Below are positions 49,001-61,000 of a stretch of DNA of 64,000 bases, piece by piece. The notes beneath the pieces are model-generated. The model did not search any database. It was not told the DNA's origin and saw nothing but the letters and a program-made list of their open reading frames with translations. Numbering within the stretch: position 1 is the first letter of the stretch; each line of letters starts with the position of its first letter. The stretch spans positions 11,793,398 to 11,857,397 of the forward strand of contig CM082588.2 in assembly GCA_040954595.2 (NCBI GenBank). Reading direction: 5' to 3'. This stretch comes from Balanoglossus misakiensis. Lineage: Eukaryota > Animalia > Hemichordata. The translations under genes were made by a program, and so were the position numbers.

Positions 49001-52000
49001 GAACTTTACTTGGTGGCGTGCCGGGAAGGAAGGTGCTCTCCTCAGCTCAACTGCCACCAATAAACTGGCCCACAGCAGATGAGTTCATTTCAACAGGTGC
49101 CAAGCTCTTTGGCTAGAATAGATAAAATATATTGATGCCGCAATGAATGAATGAAAACAGTATGAATGACCAGTCAATGGAGCTCTCCAATGGCACGTAA
49201 GATCTGTCTTGAAATTGCAGAAAGTACTCTAATTTGAAACAGGGTTAAAGACCATACAACACACCCAGCAGTGAGGGCGCTTTAGTGCATGTACACAATT
49301 AATAATTGATGCAGGACGGCTTGCCAATTAAATGTCTATTTTACAGAAAATATAAGGTACTTTCTCCATTTCCATTACAGAATTCTAGAATAGGCAAATT
49401 TGCAATTACACTCACTCGCATGAATGAATGCTGGCATCTGTGGTGGGCGGCGTGGAACTTTACTTGGTGGCGTGCCGGGAAGGAAGGTGCTCTCCTCAGC
49501 TCAACTGCCACCAATAAACTGGCCCAAAGCAGATGAGTTCATTTCAACAGGTGCCAAGCTCTTTGGCTAGAATAGATAAAATATATTGATGCCGCAATGA
49601 ATGAATGAAAACAGTATGAATGACCAGTCAATGGAGCTCTCCAATGGCACGTAAGATTCTAGAATAGGCAAATTTGCAATTACACTCACTCGCATGAATG
49701 AATGCTGGCATCTGTGGTGGGCGGCGTGGAACTTTACTTGGTGGCGTGCCGGGAAGGAAGGTGCTCTCCTCAGCTCAACTGCCACCAATAAACTGGCCCA
49801 CAGCAGATGAGTTCATTTCAACAGGTGCCAAGCTCTTCGGCTAGAATAGATAAAATATATTGATGCCGCAATGAATGAATGAAAACAGTATGAATGACCA
49901 GTCAATGGAGCTCTCCAATGGCACGTAAGATTCTAGAATAGGCAAATTTGCAATTACACTCACTCGCATGAATGAATGCTGGCATCTGTGGTGGGCGGCG
50001 TGGAACTTTCCTTGGTGGCGTGCCGGGAAAGAAGGTGCTCTCCTCAGCTCAACTGCCACCAATAAACTGGCCCACAGCAGATGAGTTCATTTCAACAGGT
50101 GCCAAGCTCTTTGGCTAGAATAGATAAAATATATTGATGCCGCAATGAATGAATGAAAACAGTATGAATGACCAGTCAATGGAGCTCTCCAATGGCACGT
50201 AAGATCTGTCTTGAAATTGCAGAAAGTACTCTAATTTGAAACAGGGTTAAAGACCATACAACACACCCAGCAGTGAGGGCGCTTTAGTGCATGTACACAA
50301 TTAATAATTGATGCAGGACGGCTTGCCAATTAAATGTCTATTTTACAGAAAATATAAGGTACTTTCTCCATTTCCATTACAGATCTAGAATAGGCAAATT
50401 TGCAATTACACTCACTCGCATGAATGAATGCTGGCATCTGTGGTGGGCGGCGTGGAACTTTACTTGGTGGCGTGTCGGGAAGGAAAGTGGTCTCCTCAGC
50501 TCAACTGCCACCAATAAACTGGCCCACAGCAGATGAGTTCATTTCAACAGGTGCCAAGCTCTTTGGCTAGAATAGATAAAATATATTGATGCCGCAATGA
50601 ATGAATGAAAACAGTATGAATGACCAGTCAATGGAGCTCTCCAATGGCACGTAAGAATTCTAGAATAGGCAAATTTGCAATTACACTCACTCGCATGAAT
50701 GAATGCTGGCATCTGTGGTGGGCGGCGTGGAACTTTACTTGGTGGCGTGCCGGGAAGGAAGGTGCTCTCCTCAGCTCAACTGCCACCAATAAACTGGCCC
50801 ACAGCAGATGAGTTCATTTCAACAGGTGCCAAGCTCTTTGGCTAGAATAGATAAAATATATTGATGCCGCAATGAATGAATGAAAACAGTATGAATGACC
50901 AGTCAATGGAGCTCTCCAATGGCACGTAAGAATTCTAGAATAGGCAAATTTGCAATTACACTCACTCGCATGAATGAATGCTGGCATCTGTGGTGGGCGG
51001 CGTGGAACTTTACTTGGTGGCGTGCCGGGAAGGAAGGTGCTCTCCTCAGCTCAACTGCCACCAATAAACTGGCCCACAGCAGATGAGTTCATTTCAACAG
51101 GTGCCAAGCTCTTTGGCTAGAATAGATAAAATATATTGATGCCGCAATGAATGAATGAAAACAGTATGAATGACCAGTCAATGGAGCTCTCCAATGGCAC
51201 GTAAGATTCTAGAATAGGCAAATTTGCAATTACACTCACTCGCATGAATGAATGCTGGCATCTGTGGTGGGCGGCGTGGAACTTTACTTGGTGGCGTGCC
51301 GGGAAGGAAGGTGCTCTCCTCAGCTCAACTGCCACCAATAAACTGGCCCACAGCAGATGAGTTCATTTCAACAGGTGCCAAGCTCTTCGGCTAGAATAGA
51401 TAAAATATATTGATGCCGCAATGAATGAATGAAAACAGTATGAATGACCAGTCAATGGAGCTCTCCAATGGCACGTAAGATTCTAGAATAGGCAAATTTG
51501 CAATTACACTCACTCGCATGAATGAATGCTGGCATCTGTGGTGGGCGGCGTGGAACTTTACTTGGTGGCGTGCCGGGAAAGAAGGTGCTCTCCTCAGCTC
51601 AACTGCCACCAATAAACTGGCCCACAGCAGATGAGTTCATTTCAACAGGTGCCAAGCTCTTTGGCTAGAATAGATAAAATATATTGATGCCGCAATGAAT
51701 GAATGAAAACAGTATGAATGACCAGTCAATGGAGCTCTCCAATGGCACGTAAGATCTGTCTTGAAATTGCAGAAAGTACTCTAATTTGAAACAGGGTTAA
51801 AGACCATACAACACACCCAGCAGTGAGGGCGCTTTAGTGCATGTACACAATTAATAATTGATGCAGGACGGCTTGCCAATTAAATGTCTATTTTACAGAA
51901 AATATAAGGTACTTTTTCCATTTCCATTACAGATCTAGAATAGGCAAATTTGCAATTACACTCACTCGCATGAATGAATGCTGGCATCTGTGGTGGGCGG

Positions 52001-55000
52001 CGTGGAACTTTACTTGGTGGCGTGCCGGGAAGGAAGGTGCTCTCCTCAGCTCAACTGCCACCAATAAACTGGCCCACAGCAGATGAGTTCATTTCAACAG
52101 GTGCCAAGCTCTTTGGCTAGAATAGATAAAATATATTGATGCCGCAATGAATGAATGAAAACAGTATGAATGACCAGTCAATGGAGCTCTCCAATGGCAC
52201 GTAAGAATTCTAGAATAGGCAAATTTGCAATTACACTCACTCGCATGAATGAATGCTGGCATCTGTGGTGGGCGGCGTGGAACTTTACTTGGTGGCGTGC
52301 CGGGAAGGAAGGTGCTCTCCTCAGCTCAACTGCCACCAATAAACTGGCCCACAGCAGATGAGTTCATTTCAACAGGTGCCAAGCTCTTTGGCTAGAATAG
52401 ATAAAATATATTGATGCCGCAATGAATGAATGAAAACAGTATGAATGACCAGTCAATGGAGCTCTCCAATGGCACGTAAGATCTGTCTTGAAATTGCAGA
52501 AAGTACTCTAATTTGAAACAGGGTTAAAGACCATACAACACACCCAGCAGTGAGGGCGCTTTAGTGCATGTACACAATTAATAATTGATGCAGGACGGCT
52601 TGCCAATTAAATGTCTATTTTACAGAAAATATAAGGTACTTTCTCCATTTCCATTACAGATCTAGAATAGGCAAATTTGCAATTACACTCACTCGCATGA
52701 ATGAATGCTGGCATCTGTGGTGGGCGGCGTGGAACTTTACTTGGTGGCGTGCCAGAAAGGAAGGTGCTCTCCTCAGCTCAACTGCCACCAATAAACTGGC
52801 CCACAGCAGATGAGTTCATTTCAACAGGTGCCAAGCTCTTTGGCTAGAATAGATAAAATATATTGATGCCGCAATGAATGAATGAAAACAGTATGAATGA
52901 CCAGTCAATGGAGCTCTCCAATGGCACGTAAGATTCTAGAATAGGCAAATTTGCAATTACACTCACTCGCATGAATGAATGCTGGCATCTGTGGTGGGCG
53001 GCGTGGAAATTTACTTGGTGGCGTGCCGGGAAGGAAGGTGCTCTCCTCAGCTCAACTGCCACCAATAAACTGGCCCACAGCAGATGAGTTCATTTCAACA
53101 GGTGCCAAGCTCTTTGGCTAGAATAGATAAAATATATTGATGCCGCAATGAATGAATGAAAACAGTATGAATGACCAGTCAATGGAGCTCTCCAATGGCA
53201 CGTAAGATTCTAGAATAGGCAAATTTGCAATTACACTCACTCGCATGAATGAATGCTGGCATCTGTGGTGGGCGGCGTGGAACTTTACTTGGTGGCGTGC
53301 CGGGAAAGAAGGTGCTCTCCTCAGCTCAACTGCCACCAATAAACTGGCCCACAGCAGATGAGTTCATTTCAACAGGTGCCAAGCTCTTTGGCTAGAATAG
53401 ATAAAATATATTGATGCCGCAATGAATGAATGAAAACAGTATGAATGACCAGTCAATGGAGCTCTCCAATGGCACGTAAGATTCTAGAATAGGCAAATTT
53501 GCAATTACACTCACTCGCATGAATGAATGCTGGCATCTGTGGTGGGCGGCGTGGAACTTTACTTGGTGGCGTGCCGGGAAGGAAGGTGCTCTCCTCAGCT
53601 CAACTGCCACCAATAAACTGGCCCACAGCAGATGAGTTCATTTCAACAGGTGCCAAGCTCTTTGGCTAGAATAGATAAAATATATTGATGCCGCAATGAA
53701 TGAATGAAAACAGTATGAATGACCAGTCAATGGAGCTCTCCAATGGCACGTAAGATCTGTCTTGAAATTGCAGAAAGTACTCTAATTTGAAACAGGGTTA
53801 AAGACCATACAACACACCCAGCAGTGAGGGCGCTTTAGTGCATGTACACAATTAATAATTGATGCAGGACGGCTTGCCAATTAAATGTCTATTTTACAGA
53901 AAATATAAGGTACTTTCTCCATTTCCATTACAGATCTAGAATAGGCAAATTTGCAATTACACTCACTCGCATGAATGAATGCTGGCATCTGTGGTGGGCG
54001 GCGTGGAACTTTACTTGGTGGCGTGCCGGGAAGGAAGGTGCTCTCCTCAGCTCAACTGCCACCAATAAACTGGCCCACAGCAGATGAGTTCATTTCAACA
54101 GGTGCCAAGCTCTTTGGCTAGAATAGATAAAATATATTGATGCCGCAATGAATGAATGAAAACAGTATGAATGACCAGTCAATGGAGCTCTCCAATGGCA
54201 CGTAAGATCTGTCTTGAAATTGCAGAAAGTACTCTAATTTGAAACAGGGTTAAAGACCATACAACACACCCAGCAGTGAGGGCGCTTTAGTGCATGTACA
54301 CAATTAATAATTGATGCAGGACGGCTTGCCAATTAAATGTCTATTTTACAGAAAATATAAGGTACTTTCTCCATTTCCATTACAGATCTAGAATAGGCAA
54401 ATTTGCAATTACACTCACTCGCATGAATGAATGCTGGCATCTGTGGTGGGCGGCGTGGAACTTTACTTGGTGGTGTGCCGGGAAGGAAGGTGCTCTCCTC
54501 AGCTCAACTGCCACCAATAAACTGGCCCACAGCAGATGAGTTCATTTCAACAGGTGCCAAGCTCTTTGGCTAGAATAGATAATATATATTGATGCCGCAA
54601 TGAATGAATGAAAACAGTATGAATGACCAGTCAATGGAGCTCTCCAATGGCACGTAAGATTCTAGAATAGGCAAATTTGCAATTACACTCACTCGCATGA
54701 ATGAATGCTGGCATCTGTGGTGGGCGGCGTGGAACTTTACTTGGTGGCGTGCCGGGAAGGAAGGTGCTCTCCTCAGCTCAACTGCCACCAATAAACTGGC
54801 CCACAGCAGATGAGTTCATTTCAACAGGTGCCAAGCTCTTCGGCTAGAATAGATAAAATATATTGATGCCGCAATGAATGAATGAAAACAGTATGAATGA
54901 CCAGTCAATGGAGCTCTCCAATGGCACGTAAGATTCTAGAATAGGCAAATTTGCAATTACACTCACTCGCATGAATGAATGCTGGCATCTGTGGTGGGCG

Positions 55001-58000
55001 GCGTGGAACTTTACTTGGTGGCGTGCCGGGAAGGAAGGTGCTCTCCTCAGCTCAACTGCCACCAATAAACTGGCCCACAGCAGATGAGTTCATTTCAACA
55101 GGTGCCAAGCTCTTTGGCTAGAATAGATAAAATATATTGATGCCGCAATGAATGAATGAAAACAGTATGAATGACCAGTCAATGGAGCTCTCCAATGGCA
55201 CGTAAGATCTGTCTTGAAATTGCAGAAAGTACTCTAATTTGAAACAGGGTTAAAGACCATACAACACACCCAGCAGTGAGGGCGCTTTAGTGCATGTACA
55301 CAATTAATAATTGATGCAGGACGGCTTGCCAATTAAATGTCTATTTTACAGAAAATATAAGGTACTTTCTCCATTTCCATTACAGATCTAGAATAGGCAA
55401 ATTTGCAATTACACTCACTCGCATGAATGAATGCTGGCATCTGTGGTGGGCGGCGTGGAACTTTACTTGGTGGCGTGCCGGGAAGGAAGGTGCTCTCCTC
55501 AGCTCAACTGCCACCAATAAACTGGCCCACAGCAGATGAGTTCATTTCAACAGGTGCCAAGCTCTTTGGCTAGAATAGATAAAATATATTGATGCCGCAA
55601 TGAATGAATGAAAACAGTATGAATGACCAGTCAATGGAGCTCTCCAATGGCACGTAAGATCTGTCTTGAAATTGCAGAAAGTACTCTAATTTGAAACAGG
55701 GTTAAAGACCATACAACACACCCAGCAGTGAGGGCGCTTTAGTGCATGTACACAATTAATAATTGATGCAGGACGGCTTGCCAATTAAATGTCTATTTTA
55801 CAGAAAATATAAGGTACTTTCTCCATTTCCATTACAGATCTAGAATAGGCAAATTTGCAATTACACTCACTCGCATGAATGAATGCTGGCATCTGTGGTG
55901 GGCGGCGTGGAACTTTACTTGGTGGCGTGCCGGGAAGGAAGGTGCTCTCCTCAGCTCAACTGCCACCAATAAACTGGCCCACAGCAGATGAGTTCATTTC
56001 AACAGGTGCCAAGCTCTTCGGCTAGAATAGATAAAATATATTGATGCCGCAATGAATGAATGAAAACAGTATGAATGACCAGTCAATGGAGCTCTCCAAT
56101 GGCACGTAAGATTCTAGAATAGGCAAATTTGCAATTACACTCACTCGCATGAATGAATGCTGGCATCTGTGGTGGGCGGCGTGGAACTTTACTTGGTGGC
56201 GTGCCGGAAAAGAAGGTGCTCTCCTCAGCTCAACTGCCACCAATAAACTGGCCCACAGCAGATGAGTTCATTTCAACAGGTGCCAAGCTCTTTGGCTAGA
56301 ATAGATAAAATATATTGATGCCGCAATGAATGAATGAAAACAGTATGAATGACCAGTCAATGGAGCTCTCCAATGGCACGTAAGATCTGTCTTGAAATTG
56401 CAGAAAGTACTCTAATTTGAAACAGGGTTAAAGACCATACAACACACCCAGCAGTGAGGGCGCTTTAGTGCATGTACACAATTAATAATTGATGCAGGAC
56501 GGCTTGCCAATTAAATGTCTATTTTACAGAAAATATAAGGTACTTTCTCCATTTCCATTACAGATCTAGAATAGGCAAATTTGCAATTACACTCACTCGC
56601 ATGAATGAATGCTGGCATCTGTGGTGGGCGGCGTGGAACTTTACTTGGTGGCGTGCCGGGAAGGAAGGTGCTCTCCTCAGCTCAACTGCCACCAATAAAC
56701 TGGCCCACAGCAGATGAGTTCATTTCAACAGGTGCCAAGCTCTTTGGCTAGAATAGATAAAATATATTGATGCCGCAATGAATGAATGAAAACAGTATGA
56801 ATGACCAGTCAATGGAGCTCTCCAATGGCACGTAAGAATTCTAGAATAGGCAAATTTGCAATTACACTCACTCGCATGAATGAATGCTGGCATCTGTGGT
56901 GGGCGGCGTGGAACTTTACTTGGTGGCGTGCCGGGAAGGAAGGTGCTCTCCTCAGCTCAACTGCCACCAATAAACTGGCCCACAGCAGATGAGTTCATTT
57001 CAACAGGTGCCAAGCTCTTTGGCTAGAATAGATAAAATATATTGATGCCGCAATGAATGAATGAAAACAGTATGAATGACCAGTCAATGGAGCTCTCCAA
57101 TGGCACGTAAGATCTGTCTTGAAATTGCAGAAAGTACTCTAATTTGAAACAGGGTTAAAGACCATACAACACACCCAGCAGTGAGGGCGCTTTAGTGCAT
57201 GTACACAATTAATAATTGATGCAGGACGGCTTGCCAATTAAATGTCTATTTTACAGAAAATATAAGGTACTTTCTCCATTTCCATTACAGATCTAGAATA
57301 GGCAAATTTGCAATTACACTCACTCGCATGAATGAATGCTGGCATCTGTGGTGGGCGGCGTGGAACTTTACTTGGTGGCGTGCCGGGAAGGAAGGTGCTC
57401 TCCTCAGCTCAACTGCCACCAATAAACTGGCCCACAGCAGATGAGTTCATTTCAACAGGTGCCAAGCTCTTTGGCTAGAATAGATAAAATATATTGATGC
57501 CGCAATGAATGAATGAAAACAGTATGAATGACCAGTCAATGGAGCTCTCCAATGGCACGTATGATTCTAGAATAGGCAAATTTGCAATTACACTCACTCG
57601 CATGAATGAATGCTGGCATCTGTGGTGGGCGGCGTGGAACTTTACTTGGTGGCGTGCCGGGAAGGAAGGTGCTCTCCTCAGCTCAACTGCCACCAATAAA
57701 CTGGCCCACAGCAGATGAGTTCATTTCAACAGGTGCCAAGCTCTTTGGCTAGAATAGATAAAATATATTGATGCCGCAATGAATGAATGAAAACAGTATG
57801 AATGACCAGTCAATGGAGCTCTCCAATGGCACGTAAGATTCTAGAATAGGCAAATTTGCAATTACACTCACTCGCATGAATGAATGCTGGCATCTGTGGT
57901 GGGCGGCGTGGAAATTTACTTGGTGGCGTGCCGGGAAAGAAGGTGCTCTCCTCAGCTCAACTGCCACCAATAAACTGGCCCACAGCAGATGAGTTCATTT

Positions 58001-61000
58001 CAACAGGTGCCAAGCTCTTTGGCTAGAATAGATAAAATATATTGATGCCGCAATGAATGAATGAAAACAGTATGAATGACCAGTCAATGGAGCTCTCCAA
58101 TGGCACGTAAGAATAGAATAGGCAAATTTGCAATTACACTCACTCGCATGAATGAATGCTGGCATCTGTGGTGGGCGGCGTGGAACTTTACTTGGTGGCG
58201 TGCCGGGAAGGAAGGTGCTCTCCTCAGCTCAACTGCCACCAATAAACTGGCCCACAGCAGATGAGTTCATTTCAACAGGTGCCAAGCTCTTTGGCTAGAA
58301 TAGATAAAATATATTGATGCCGCAATGAATGAATGAAAACAGTATGAATGACCAGTCAATGGAGCTCTCCAATGGCACGTAAGATCTGTCTTGAAATTGC
58401 AGAAAGTACTCTAATTTGAAACAGGGTTAAAGACCATACAACACACCCAGCAGTGAGGGCGCTTTAGTGCATGTACACAATTAATAATTGATGCAGGACG
58501 GCTTGCCAATTAAATGTCTATTTTACAGAAAATATAAGGTACTTTCTCCATTTCCATTACAGATCTAGAATAGGCAAATTTGCAATTACACTCACTCGCA
58601 TGAATGAATGCTGGCATCTGTGGTGGGCGGCGTGGAACTTTACTTGGTGGCGTGCCGGGAAGGAAGGTGCTCTCCTCAGCTCAACTGCCACCAATAAACT
58701 GGCCCACAGCAGATGAGTTCATTTCAACAGGTGCCAAGCTCTTTGGCTAGAATAGATAAAATATATTGATGCCGCAATGAATGAATGAAAACAGTATGAA
58801 TGACCAGTCAATGGAGCTCTCCAATGGCACGTAAGATCTGTCTTGAAATTGCAGAAAGTACTCTAATTTGAAACAGGGTTAAAGACCATACAACACACCC
58901 AGCAGTGAGGGCGCTTTAGTGCATGTACACAATTAATAATTGATGCAGGACGGCTTGCCAATTAAATGTCTATTTTACAGAAAATATAAGGTACTTTCTC
59001 CATTTCCATTACAGAATTCTAGAATAGGCAAATTTGCAATTACACTCACTCGCATGAATGACTGCTGGCATCTGTGGTGGGCGGCGTGGAACTTTACTTG
59101 GTGGCGTGCCGGGAAGGAAGGTGCTCTCTTCAGCTCAACTGCCACCAATAAACTGGCCCACAGCAGATGAGTTCATTTCAACAGGTGCCAAGCTCTTTGG
59201 CTAGAATAGATAAAATATATTGATGCCGCAATGAATGAATGAAAACAGTATGAATGACCAGTCAATGGAGCTCTCCAATGGCACGTAAGATTCTAGAATA
59301 GGCAAATTTGCAATTACACTCACTCGCATGAATGAATGCTGGCATCTGTGGTGGGCGGCGTGGAACTTTACTTGGTGGCGTGCCGGGAAGGAAGGTGCTC
59401 TCCTCAGCTCAACTGCCACCAATAAACTGGCCCACAGCAGATGAGTTCATTTCAACAGGTGCCAAGCTCTTTGGCTAGAATAGATAAAATATATTGATGC
59501 CGCAATGAATGAATGAAAACAGTATGAATGACCAGTCAATGGAGCTCTCCAATGGCACGTAAGATTCTAGAATAGGCAAATTTGCAATTACACTCACTCG
59601 CATGAATGAATGCTGGCATCTGTGGTGGGCGGCGTGGAACTTTACTTGGTGGCGTGCCGGGAAGGAAGGTGCTCTCCTCAGCTCAACTGCCACCAATAAA
59701 CTGGCCCACAGCAGATGAGTTCATTTCAACAGGTGCCAAGCTCTTTGGCTAGAATAGATAAAATATATTGATGCCGCAATGAATGAATGAAAACAGTATG
59801 AATGACCAGTCAATGGAGCTCTCCAATGGCACGTAAGATCTGTCTTGAAATTGCAGAAAGTACTCTAATTTGAAACAGGGTTAAAGACCATACAACACAC
59901 CCAGCAGTGAGGGCGCTTTAGTGCATGTACACAATTAATAATTGATGCAGGACGGCTTGCCAATTAAATGTCTATTTTACAGAAAATATAAGGTACTTTC
60001 TCCATTTCCATTACAGATCTAGAATAGGCAAATTTGCAATTACACTCACTCGCATGAATGAATGCTGGCATCTGTGGTGGGCGGCGTGGAACTTTACTTG
60101 GTGGCGTGCCGGGAAGGAAGGTGCTCTCCTCAGCTCAACTGCCACCAATAAACTGGCCCACAGCAGATGAGTTCATTTCAACAGGTGCCAAGCTCTTTGG
60201 CTAGAATAGATAAAATATATTGATGCCGCAATGAATGAATGAAAACAGTATGATTGACCAGTCAATGGAGCTCTCCAATGGCACGTAAGATCTGTCTTGA
60301 AATTGCAGAAAGTACTCTAATTTGAAACAGGGTTAAAGACCATACAACACACCCAGCAGTGAGGGCGCTTTAGTGCATGTACACAATTAATAATTGATGC
60401 AGGACGGCTTGCCAATTAAATGTCTATTTTACAGAAAATATAAGGTACTTTCTCCATTTCCATTACAGATCTAGAATAAGCAAATTTGCAATTACACTCA
60501 CTCGCATGAATGAATGCTGGCATCTGTGGTGGGCGGCGTGGAACTTTACTTGGTGGCGTGCCGGGAAGGAAGGTGCTCTCCTCAGCTCAACTGCCACCAA
60601 TAAACTGGCCAACAGCAGATGAGTTCATTTCAACAGGTGCCAAGCTCTTTGGCTAGAATAGATAAAATATATTGATGCCGCAATGAATGAATGAAAACAG
60701 TATGAATGACCAGTCAAAGGAGCTCTCCAATGGCACGTAAGAATTTCTAGAATAGGCAAATTTGCAATTACACTCACTCGCATGAATGAATGCTGGCATC
60801 TGTGGTGGGCGGCGTGGAACTTTACTTGGTGGCGTGCCGGGAAGGAAGGTGCTCTCCTCAGCTCAACTGCCACCAATAAACTGGCCCACAGCAGATGAGT
60901 TCATTTCAACAGGTGCCAAGCTCTTTGGCTAGAATAGATAAAATATATTGATGCCGCAATGAATGAATGAAAACAGCATGAATGACCAGTCAATGGAGCT